Shown piece by piece: positions 52,313 to 63,550 of a stretch of 64,000 nucleotides of DNA (its first letter is position 1; each line of letters begins with the position of its first letter). A program made the position numbers and the translations under genes. The notes beneath the pieces were generated by a model. The model was not told where the DNA came from and made no database searches. It was given only the letters and a program-made list of their open reading frames with translations. The stretch spans positions 296,484,001 to 296,548,000 of the forward strand of contig OZ024742.1 in the NCBI GenBank assembly GCA_964016885.1, written 5' to 3'. The DNA comes from Eledone cirrhosa. Taxonomy: Eukaryota.

Positions 52313-54742
52313 CATCAGATAAATTCTTAATGTTTTTCACTTGTCTGAAATGTCAAGTGGGGCATTTCAAGATGAGGTAATATTATTCATCATCTTATGT
52401 GTCTAATCATTTAAAAGACTAACCATTTTTCCCTTCTTTTTTATCATCTCCTCCACTTCTCCCCCCTTCTCTCTCGGTCTCTGTTAATCTCTCAGTATTT
52501 CTCTCTCGGTCACCTCTTTACTATTTCCTTTTTATTGTTACTTCAATGAACTGTCTATAATTTCTAATAATTTGCCAATTCACTTTATAATTTCACTATT
52601 GTATTGTTGTAGTCATCCCTGTTCACCTGTCCCTTCCACCACCACTTATTTATAAGGTATGCTTCATTACTCATAGTAGAGCTTAACAACATATGGTGTG
52701 TCTATGTATATAGTTCTTATAATCAAATCTGTGGAAGAACTAAAGAAGAAATTCTTGTTATGGAAACAAAACTTAGAATCAAAAGGGCTCAGAGTAAACT
52801 TAGCAAAGACTAAAGTCTTAGTATGTAGGAACGAGGAGGGGGTCTAGACTTATGGATGAGGCTATACAAGCCAAACAGACGTCGCACCAAGAAAATACTC
52901 CTAGTACAATCTGTAAAATGCTTCTTTATTAAGAAGTGCATCCAACCATAGAAACCAAGTCAAAAAATGGAGTGTACATGCTAGATGTATTCACATGGGA
53001 GTAAAGCTAGGTATGAGATGAATCAGATATAAAGTGCAAGAGAGAAAGTTGACGTGGTATGGACATGAGATGCATATGGATGATGATCGCTTGGTGAAGA
53101 AGTGCCAAGAAATCACAGTGGCTAGGCATGGCCAACAGGCCTGACCTCCCTCATAATGGGACCACCCAGCTCCCAAATTATAGTTCTGATATAAGTAGGG
53201 TATGGTAAGGCCAACTGGCCAAACCCTCCTCATAATGGTGCAACCCAGGGCTCCACTTTGAGTAAGGCTTGGCATGGCAAAGTGGCCTGACCTCCTCATA
53301 ATGGAACCACCCAGCTCCCAAATTATGGTTCCAATATGAACAGTGTATGGTACAGTCAACTGGCCAGACCCTACTCATAACAGTGCCATCCAGTTCCACA
53401 CTGTAAACGTGGTTTGTGTTAGAAAGGGCATCCGGCTGTAAAAATCCCAGCCAAAATACAGTTCCGTCTGAGTAAGCTATGGTGCGACCAGATGGCCAGG
53501 CTTGTCTCATGACGTGGGCGATGATGATGAGGATGATGATATGCATACATACACACATACACACACACATGTATATATACATATATATATGTATATACAT
53601 ACACACACACATGTATATATACATATATATATGTATATACATACACACATACAAGAGTACACAGTTGGAACTCCAGTGTAACTTGACTTTCCACTTAGCA
53701 ATTATAAACAATATTTAAATTCTATTTCAGTATTGAGTACCTCATTCTCACACTTGTCAATAATATATATATTATTTTGTTTTTCTTTTACCACATTGCA
53801 TAAATTATAGCTATAAAATAGTTGAAAGTAATCACGTATATAACTGCTTGAGGGTGGAATAAGTGTGCATAATCACTATTTTTCAGCCTTAAGCACTTAT
53901 ATCACTGATTTATTTTCAACTATCTTCTAGTTAGAATTTAGATATTGTGTTAGCATAAAAGCTAAACCACCTTTGAAATTTCAATCATTTTACTCATTGC
54001 ATGAAACATTTCATTACAAAAACACATCACACACACAGATACACACACACACACACATATATATATATATGTGTGTTTGTGTCTATATTGTATCTGTATT
54101 ATTTTTGACTGTTGGTCAGTCAATGGCAACATTGAGGACCGAATAAATTAGATTACCGATATAAAAGACACAGAAGCGAAAAGCGAAAACCAACCAAACA
54201 GTGAGTGTGTTCTGTTATTAATTCTGGCAATATTACACAAATATGACCCTCCCCAAGTATAACAATATATATATTTATATATAATAAATGTAATCTGAGG
54301 TTTTTGAATATTAATAATAACATTAAAAGAAGAACATTATTTGTCCCCAACCTGTCAAAATAAGCAGAAGTCTTCAATAATTAATGCAAACGAATATTTA
54401 GTGCAATCTTTGTACACATAAAACTATGTTGATAATGAAGGAAAACACTGAACAGGATGTAGTTATACAAATGATTAAAGACAATACACGTTGCAAAGCT
54501 GTAAAAAAACAGGCAGTTTTTCTAAAGTACAAAAGGTTGTAATGAAAGCAGAGTTGTATACAAACAAAAAAAAACAATGAGAGTAGAATAAGAGAAAATC
54601 TATTCTTTGAGAGCATCCTTTGCTGTGTATGGTTAAATTTTGAACTTATAATCCAAAATATCCTGCGTGACATATTCATTGGTATGTTTTGTAATGAGTA
54701 AGGTGAAGTCAAGGCAGAGCTGTAATAAGTTTTTTGTTAACA

Positions 54743-56235
54743 CTAAAGCACTTCAGGATAGACGATATTCTTTGTTTTTCTTTTCAGAACAAACGCAAAG
54801 ATATTATCTCGACTGCCAACTCGTGAGCAGGCAACGTAGAATTGTCCGTGCGAAAAGCAAGGTTCATCCAAGTGAATTCCAGTGACGGACAGAGTTTGAC
54901 CTTGCGACTTGTTTATGGACATCGCAAAGGCAACACGAAGGGTAAATTGGTTTCGGCGAAAGGAGAAGGGAGTATCCACGCCTGATGTAGTCAGGCTAAT
55001 TTTTGTTATTATCACATCCTCGCCTTTTCCACATCCGGATAGAATGGTAGCGTCAATACTAAGTGGAGACAGTTTTTTTAACCACAAGACGTGTAACATT
55101 GCATAGTTTTGGAGGAGTGATATTTCTCAGCAAAATAACTGGCGTTCCCTCTTTCAGAACGAATGTATTAGGAGGTAAACCAGGAGGATTTAAAGAATTT
55201 AGAAATTCAACTGGATAGTTGACCGCATCATGTGGTTCAGATACAGTATCAATAGATTTATATATCCGTGGACATCCAGGAAGAATCCTGTTCAGTATGT
55301 TCCTTCATTGTCAAAAAAGTTTGATGTGTACGAATACAGCTGGAAGCATAGATAATGCCTGCCTCAAATGTGGACGAAATTACTTTAAAAATGTAAAAGC
55401 TGTAGGTCCCAATGGTTTGAATGGAAAGTCCCATAAAGATTGTTCTAAAAATAAACAAACCATCATCAAAATTTCGTCAATTCGAGACTGCTGCGAGATT
55501 AGGCCCTTACCGCGAAAATTAACACTTAATTTAGTGAAACAAGTTAAAATAACAGGTGTTTTTTTAACTTTGAAAGTGAAACAAATTTTTTTTTGTATCA
55601 ACATGGCTTATGAAAGTTTTAAAAATGTAAAAGTTGTAGGTCCCAATGGTTTGAATGGAAAGTCCCATAACGATTGTTCTGAAAATAAACAAACCATCAT
55701 AAAAATCTCGTCAATTCGAGACTGCTGCGAGATTAGGCCCTTAACGCGAAAATTAACACTTAATATAGTGAAACAAGTTAAAACAACAAGTGTTTTTTTA
55801 ACTTTGAAAGTGCAACAAATAATAAACAAGAAACAAACGATAATGTTATTGATTTATCTTCAAATGAATCTGATGTTTATATTTCTGAAATTTCTTCCGA
55901 CGATGATTGTTGTTTTAAATTTGAAAACGAAGGTCTCCATATCTCACTCTCTTTATAAGGATTGTCAATAAAGTTGGTTATCTCCCTTTTTTTATAAGGA
56001 TTGTCAATAAAGTTGGTTATCTCCCTTACATCAATTTTGCTACCGATAATTTTGATATCGAGTTTTTATTGCTCGACATGGGTCGATTGGAAAGACTTTT
56101 GTGAAGTGACCATCTAAGCGACCTGTGCAACGTGCACAGAAAATTTGGTCAAATTCGGTTGGTAATTATAAAAGCCTTAGGTATCCAAAGTTGTACACAG
56201 ACACACAGACATCCTCGCTTTTATATATATAAAGA
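54743..56235 (-). mobile_element. Internally deleted Helitron with a PIF1-type helicase C-terminal remnant
   Basis: Minus-strand 5' end A|TCTTTATATATATAAAAGCGAGGATGTCTG resembles the 48032 element. Helicase motifs YPVEFLNSLNPPGLPP, LLRN, AFAMSINKSQGQT, FSHGQFYVACSRV and NIVYPEVL. The 3' end was not found and probably extends left of 54743. Confidence 0.85.
55384..55820. repeat. 234-bp-period tandem duplication inside the Helitron
   Basis: 55384-55585 is repeated at 55618-55820. Confidence 0.9.
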
Positions 56236-56288
56236 TATATATTATATAAAATTAACAAAGAAGCCTTTAATACATTAAAAATCTTTAT

Positions 56289-56333
56289 TTGCTGACAATG
56301 TTTCGTCCCATTAATTCGGACTCATCAGAGCAA
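56289..56333 (-). ncRNA. Minimal type I hammerhead ribozyme in the inverted 5' pLTR
   Basis: Reverse complement reads TTGCT-CTGATGA-GTCC-gaattaatg-GGAC-GAAA-CATTG-TC-AGCAA; core intact. Confidence 0.9.
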
Positions 56334-56500
56334 GGAAAAAGACAAGAAATATCATCGGCTAGAACAAGCCAAAATTCAGAAGAATAGCGAATTGATGTTT
56401 AACTCTAATGCACTCTAATATTTTTATCTTATTACGGCTCCCTATTGGTTGAGCTTTATCCTATATACTGGTTTTTTGGCCTTTATATACATCTGACAGT

Positions 56501-59048
56501 GTGCTAACAAAGCGCTACTTGTCTTTATCTCTGAAGAATATTCCCATCCCCTCTAGAAATACTTATGAAAAACTCTTGATTGCTAGCGTTAACTCTTTCG
56601 TAAAACGGATTAGATGGCGTGCATTCCATTTTGATAGTAATAGGAATAGGATTAACCCCCGGGATAAAACTCCATTTGATAACTTCGGCTTCAAAACTTA
56701 TAAAAGTCCACCGCATAATGTTCTATTGGATAGTTTTGAGAACGATTTACTTTCCCTTGTCAGAAATATTAAATATAAGCGGCGTAATAAATATGGGAAC
56801 TACAATAAATTTAGCAGGTTCCAGTCTAAACTTAAGAATATTGTTAAGGATTTTAAAGGGAATGAGTATATACTTGTCCCGGCTGACAAGACTAAGAATC
56901 TTTACTCTATGGATTATAATGCCTACCGTAATTTTATTTATAAGGAGCTACATAAACATTACAAAAAAACAACGCAGGATAATTTGGATCAAATTAATAA
57001 TGAGGGCCTCAAGATAGTTTCGAATCTGGGTCTGGATAAATATACCCAACCATATTACCCTAGAGAACCGAGATTCACACTTAAGGATCATGAGGTAGAA
57101 TTTTTAAATAATCCTACTGCTAGACTTATCAGTCCTTCTAAGTCTGATATAGCTATAATTAGTAAAAAAATTCTTGACCAGATTATTCCTACCGTTAGGG
57201 ACAAGATTCATTTTAATCTATGGGGGAATACTATGGATGTTATTAATTGGTTCTCTAGTATTAATAAGCTTAAGTCTAGTAGGTTTATCCAGTTTGATAT
57301 CGACGCCTATTACACGTCGATTTCACCTATCCTCCTCAATAAAGCCTTAATTATGGCCATGCGAATGTCTAGTCTTACGCGACCCCAGATTGATGTTATA
57401 CTAGCGGCCCGTAAGACTATCACCAAATTCGAGGATACACTTTGGACGCGTAAGAATACACCCAATAACTTTGACGTTACCATGGGTTCGAGTGATTCTG
57501 CGCAGGTGACTGATCTTGTTGGGCTGTACCTCTTAAACGAGCTTTATGTTAGCTTTCCGCACCTTAAAGGTGGACTTTATCGTGATGATGCATTATTTGT
57601 GATAAACTCTAGTACTAATAACATTGAACATAATAGGAAGAAGTTATATAAGTTTTTAAAAAATGTTAACCTTTCGATCACGATTGATAGGAATGATAGA
57701 GCAGTTAATTTTTTAGATGTGACATTAGATTTAGTTACTAATAATTATAAACCCTTCCACAAGCCCAATGAGACACTCTCTTACGTCAATCCTAATTCCA
57801 ACCACCCTAAATCTATGATTAGTTCTATTATTAACGGTGTATCCAATAGAATCTCCACACTCTCTAAAGATATAGGAATTTTTAATTCGCATGCTGAGTA
57901 TTATAATAATGCCCTAGCTAACTCTGGTTACTCTGGTAGGCTACATTATAAAGATGACAAGCTAGAAACGACTCCGATTACCCATAATAACGTGATATCC
58001 CACAATATGGCCTTTAATGGGGGTAGAAAACATAGGAATTTTAGAAATTTTATAGATAAATCCGTACGAATAACAACCGCAATAGTAATTATAATAGTGT
58101 GTCTAATGGTACACATTATGAGCTTAGTTGTAATGGACAGGATAGACGCTCTGAACGTACACCCAGTGGTAATGTTATAGCGGTTTCTACTAGTGTTAAT
58201 TCAATTGGTCCTGACATAAACCCTGATCCTATAGATAATATATGTGATAGAAATAGTAAAGGTAAGAATAAGAGAAGGCTTAATACCTACTTTAACCCAC
58301 CTTATAATTATGATGTACTAACTAGTATCCCTAGGTCTTTCTTTTCTATTTTGGAGAAAAATTTCCCTCCTGCTAATAAATATCATAGTATCTTCAATAA
58401 GAATGTCATTAAATTCTCCTTTTCTACTACCCCTAACATTAGTTCACATCTTGCTAGCACTAATAATAAGAACATTAGGGACAGCTACTGCTCTTTACTT
58501 ACTACTAATTTAGATAGTTCTATTAATAATGTACCACCCGAGCAGGACTTGTTGTCAAATAACCCTAGGAATAATACTTCGCGAAATGAGCTAATCACTA
58601 ATACCCGTAAGTGTAATTGTAGAAGAAGTAATAGCTACCCTTTAAATGGTTACTGCCTCTCTAGGAATATTGTCTATGCATGTGATGTTAGGACTAATTC
58701 ATCTTGTAAAACATATATAGGCTCCACATCTAATACATTTAAAACGAGGTTTAATTCGCATGTCTCTAACTTTAAACATATCAAATTTAAAAACTCAACT
58801 TCTTTGGCGCATCATATTTGGGATTTAAAAGGGACTGGTATACCGTACAGTCTGCATTGGCGTATTGTAGCCCATTCTAACCACTATTCCACCCACGCTA
58901 AATCTGTAATCTTTGCATTCTAGAAACCCATTGTATAATTTTCTCTAAGAACGTATTGCTTAATAGAAAATCGGAAATCTTTTCTTCCTGTCCACATGCT
59001 ATCTCTAATTCCTTCTTCTATTATAAACCTAAATGCTCAGGTAGTTGA
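56501..59048 (+). pseudogene. PLE polyprotein (reverse transcriptase + Cys-rich linker + GIY-YIG endonuclease), two frameshifts
   Basis: RT motifs SLKNIPIPS, VPADKT, QFDIDAYY, DVTMGSSDSAQVTDLVG, YRDD, VNFLDV and SNHP in ORF 56501-58180. After a frameshift near 58065: FNPPYN, CNCx5(Y)PLNGYC, NIVY...TYIG...FKTRFNSH. After a second frameshift near 58900: CNLCILETH...LNRKSEIFSSCPH, stop TGA 59046-59048. Confidence 0.92.
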
Positions 59049-60322
59049 TTTTTTGGAATCACACTTTGCTACTCTGGTTTGGACGTCTTATTTGGATATC
59101 TTTTATATTTTATATTTTTTATTTTTACTCTTATTTTTATTTTTATATTTTTTATATTCTTTAAGCTTCATAATACACCAATTACTCTTTTCTGTGAGTT
59201 ATGGTGTCTATATAGGATGGGGTCTTCTATAGCTGGACGTCAATTTTTCCTCACCATTGGCGAATTGATGCACACAATCTCTTAAGCCGGTTGATGTGTG
59301 TAAGTTTAGCACATGAGTGATTCTCTGGGTATAGGGTTTTGTATCTGTGGGTATGTTTGGTAGATATATATTTTTTGTGAATATGTATATGTGTGTTGAC
59401 TTTTAGTTATATGTATGACATAATTGTTTCTGGCGTATCCGTATCCATTAGCTGTTTGGATTCCTTATCACTTTGGTTTTTTTAGTTCATTATTATTATT
59501 ATTAGTTTTCTACGGTTTATTGATTTTAGTTTTCTAGTTTTTTTAGCTGTTTTAACCTATTTAACACCTTGTCCATTATTATATTTTTACTCATTCTTTG
59601 TCGACTTATATATTTCTATCTTTATATTCATCCTTGGTTGGAGTGTATCATATATGTAATATTATATGTATTTGAATTGCCTATATCTCCGTATATTTAT
59701 TGTCTATTTTATATATATATATATATATATTTTCACCATACTTTATTTTATTGTATGGTATTATTATTTTTTACCCTGTGGAATATATTATGTTTTTATA
59801 CACGTTTTGTTGACTTTGCATGGTACGTTGGATGTATTTATATATTTTTTTAATATCAATATATTATTTTCATTGAATTTAGGATTGTTTAATCACACCG
59901 TCAGGGTGATTATTCTATTATAATGCTTATATTTATATATTTGTGTTAATATGTGTATGTGTAAATGTGTATATGAGTATGTATATATATGTGTCGGAGT
60001 GCGTGTAGATATATATATATATTAAATTTTATTTCTGATTTATATATTGTATTGTATTGTATATTATATTATAATTTTTATATCTTATTTCTCGCATTAT
60101 ATTACTATGTTGTATTTCAAGTATTAGACTTATATTGTACTTTTAACGTGGGTTTGTTTAATGTTTGCTTGCTCTCTTGCCCTATAGTTTTTATTTACAA
60201 ATGCACCCTATTAGGTTTAACATGTCTTTCCATAATAATTTTCTTAAATTTTCCTAAATATCTATTCGCTATTCTTCTGAATTTTGGCTTGTTCTAGCCG
60301 ATGATATTTCTTGTCCTTTTCC

Positions 60323-60367
60323 TTGCTCTGATGAGTCCTAATTAATGGGACGAAACATTGTCAGCAA
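60323..60367 (+). ncRNA. Minimal type I hammerhead ribozyme in the PLE 3' pLTR
   Basis: TTGCT-CTGATGA-GTCC-taattaatg-GGAC-GAAA-CATTG-TC-AGCAA. Stem I TTGCT/AGCAA, intact core, stem II GTCC/GGAC, tiny near-palindromic stem III ACA(T)TGT, GUC cleavage triplet. Confidence 0.92.
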
Positions 60368-60990
60368 ATAAAGATTTTTAATGTATTAAAGGCTTCTTTG
60401 TTAATTTTATATAATTTTTCGGCTCTGTTTGATAACATTGAGCTATATCTTATACTGTCATTTCTCTAATACGACGAGTGTGTTTAACTCTAATGCACTC
60501 AAATATTTTTATCTTATAAAGATATATATATATATATATGGGAAAAGGTTCAGGAACCCGACGGCAGAGCTCAAGTCGTTTCGACGGCTATTTCTGGACT
60601 AAATAAAATGTTTAGTGTGTTAATGATCTAGGTGAACTATTCAAGGAGTGATTCCATATATGGGCATGCGATAATCAGGCATTTCCCTTCATAATGCCAA
60701 CCACTTTATAGAGGGTCCTGAGTCTATAAAGTGGTTGGCATTATGAAGGGAACCCATAGAAATCATGACAACATATGGAATGTATGAGCAAGACATGTCA
60801 CTGCAACCCATCTAGTCTTGGATGAGGAAGAGGAGATGGGAAGTTAGGAGTATACTGGCAGGTGAGGACATGAAAGTTGTTCCACCTGTCTGCTTCTTTG
60901 GGTTTAGGGAGAGGAAAGTGAACAGGGAGATAATCAGAAACATACTGGCAGGTCAGGGTCATGCTCCTTATGCTTGTCTATATATATATA

Positions 60991-61302
60991 GGAGGCACAT
61001 GGCTTAGTGGTTAGAGCATTGGCCTTGCAATCGAAAGGTTGTGAGTTCAATTCTCAGACTGGGTGATGTGTTGTTTCCTTGATCAAGAGACTTTATTTCA
61101 CATTGCTCCAGTTTACTCAGCTGTAGAAATGAGATGATAGGGACAGGGGTGCATATCATTCCACTGCAAAGTGGTCATGGAGGTGCCACGACAAAAAAGC
61201 ACCCAGCACTCACTGTAAATGAGGTTGGTGTTAGGAAGGGCATCCAGCTATAGAAATCAAGCCAGAATCAGTTCCCGTCCCACCCTTGCAAGCAGGGAAA
61301 AA
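60991..61302 (+). mobile_element. tRNA-derived CORE-type SINE with RTE-LINE-like 3' end
   Basis: A box TGGCTTAGTGG, B box GAGTTCAATTC, CORE-like CCTTGATCAAG...CCAGTTTACTCAGCTGTAGAAATGAG, and 3' CGTCCCACCCTTGCAAGCAGGGAAAA. Confidence 0.85.
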
Positions 61303-61715
61303 GTGCAAGTCCAATGCTCTAACCACTAAGCCATGTGCCTAGTTATTGAAAACTCATTCTGACATTATTGAAATTTATTGTTTAATTTCTAAATCTCTAC
61401 TTATTAATACTCTGACTTCACCACAATTCATAGTCATATAAATGATAAAATCATTGATATCCTTATTCATGCTTGAAGGGCTCTGCTCTTCAGCAAACAT
61501 TTAACCATGATAAAAATGTCAGGCACCACAGGTTCATTCCATATAATTTCCATATATATATATAGATACATATTAATGTACATAGCAGATACACACATGT
61601 ATGTGAGTGAAATCTAAATTGATGTTCCCCAAACAAAATTTTGTTCTAAAGAATTCTTTCTTTTTCTTTTTTTTTTTTTGCTATTAAAATTTGGAAAATA
61701 TAAATTTTTTTATAA

Positions 61716-62030
61716 GCACACTGCCACAAACACGCATATGCAGAGACACATCCACGCAGATATATTCACACACATATACATACAAACTTTCAAGCACACA
61801 GCCACAAACACACATATGCATAGGCATACACATTCACGCAGATATATTCACACACATATACATACAAACTTTCAAGCACACAGCCACAAACACACATATG
61901 CATACACATTCACACAGATATTTTCACACACATATACATACAAACTATCAAGCACCAAAACATTTAGCCACAAACACACATATGCATAGACATACACATC
62001 CACACAGATATATTCATATACATATATGTA
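61716..62030. repeat. ~80-bp CA-rich minisatellite, about 4 copies
   Basis: GCCACAAACACACATATGCATA...CAGATATATTCACACACATATACATACAAACT repeated. Confidence 0.85.
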
Positions 62031-62777
62031 CTCACACACACAAGTAACTGTAATCTACTGACCATTTCTACAAAGATCACATTTTGTTCACACTTTTCTC
62101 AATAGCTTTTCCTTCTTTATTCTCAACTCACTGCTTTCTTTAATGCTTTACTAGCTGATTGCATGTAAGTTCCATAGTTTAATTAGAAAAAACCACCAAG
62201 TATTAAAGATCAATATAACATTTTAAGTATTTTGTTTATAAGTTCAAACTTGTCTCATAACAGGACCAACCAGTAATGTAGCTCTACTGAGGTGGTGTTG
62301 TCAACTGGCCTGACCTCCCTTATAATGGGACCACCCAACTCCCAAATTATGGTTCCGATGTGAGCAGGGTACAGCACAGCCAACTGGCCAAACCCTCCTC
62401 ATAATGATACCATCCAGTACTACACTGTAAATGTGGTTGGTGTTAGGAAGGGCATCCAACTGTAAAAAAAATCACAGCCAAATACAGTTCCGTTTGAACG
62501 AGGTATGGTTAGGCCAGCTGGCCAGACTTGTCTTATAACATGGACGACCCATCTAACCCAGGCAAGCATGGAAAAATAGACATTAAATGATGATGATGAT
62601 GATGATGATGAAGATATATACAAACAAATTAATTACATATACACAATGCAACATAATAAATCAAATAAATTTAACAAATGGCTGAAAATAAAAAAATGAA
62701 ATATTTTACTCATCTATTGATATCATTTGAGGATAAACAATATTTTTCATAAAGTAATTCCTCTTTTATTTCTCTTT

Positions 62778-62877
<100 letters not shown>

Positions 62878-63326
62878 TATCTCTGATCCATAAAGACTTA
62901 TTGCAGCATAGTTTTAAAAAAATGTCCACCACTGCTACCAACCAATGTTCTCTTTCTTTCTGTCTCTCTCTCCAATACTCTTACTATTCCCTTTCCTTGG
63001 CATGATAGATGTTTTAAAAATTAATTCATCTTTCATTCTCTCTCTCTCTTTATATATATATATATATATAATCATACACACACCATCTCCTTTGCATAAA
63101 AACATGAGATTAAAAGAAACGTTCAGCATTACTGCCACCTCTTTTGCTACTCTCCCTCTTTCTCTCTATCTCTCACACTCACTCTAACCTTTTACAACAT
63201 GACAGACATTTTATATGATGCACTACAGCTATTACATAATAGATTTGTAGTAGATATTAAAATTCATCATTTTTTTACAATCTATGAAGAAATACGTAAA
63301 TTTGATATGTTTACGCATCTATGTAC

Positions 63327-63550
63327 TTAGCGCTTTAGCATTTACAGTACTCTATATATACTATTGTATTTTCACGGTAAAGTCTTTATCTCATATAATA
63401 TCTCCCATAATATCGAATCTATGAGATTTTGATTATATTTTGAGAATAATACACTAACGTTGGTATGACTGGCCAGTTACGGCCAGTTTAAACACAAAGA
63501 GGTGAGAGAATTATGGCTGGATACAGCTGGTTTAAATGCTAAAGCATTAA
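63327..63550. mobile_element. Degenerate piggyBac-like MITE
   Basis: CTTTAGCATTTA at ~63333 and TAAATGCTAAAG-CATTAA at ~63533-63550 form inverted termini. Confidence 0.5.

Larger units (their letters stand above)
56241..60514 (+). mobile_element. Near full-length Penelope-like retroelement (PLE), Naiad-like
   Basis: RT plus C-terminal GIY-YIG coding region. The inverted 5' pLTR piece 56241-56395 is the reverse complement of 60261-60415 (3 differences seen), and the direct piece 56396-56432 matches 60481-60517. A hammerhead lies in the pLTR. 13-bp TSD TATAAAGATATAT at 56228-56240 and 60515-60527. Confidence 0.93.

Noticed and set aside
55219-55971. 250-aa ORF with an internal repeat
   Set aside because: It arises from the 234-bp tandem duplication and the antisense of the Helitron helicase; no recognisable domain.
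59259-59310. Hairpin in the PLE 3' UTR as a SECIS element
   Set aside because: A stem exists (TGCACACA/TGTGTGTA), but the 3' side lacks the GA needed for the tandem G.A quartet, and no conserved Cys codon in the ORF is TGA.
60550-60600. GC-rich GACGGC...TTTCGACGGC segment as a further hammerhead
   Set aside because: GAAAC is present on the minus strand, but there is no CTGANGA box or closing stem I.
60993-61060. tRNA gene
   Set aside because: A/B boxes are present but there is no proper cloverleaf; it continues into a SINE body and is multi-copy.
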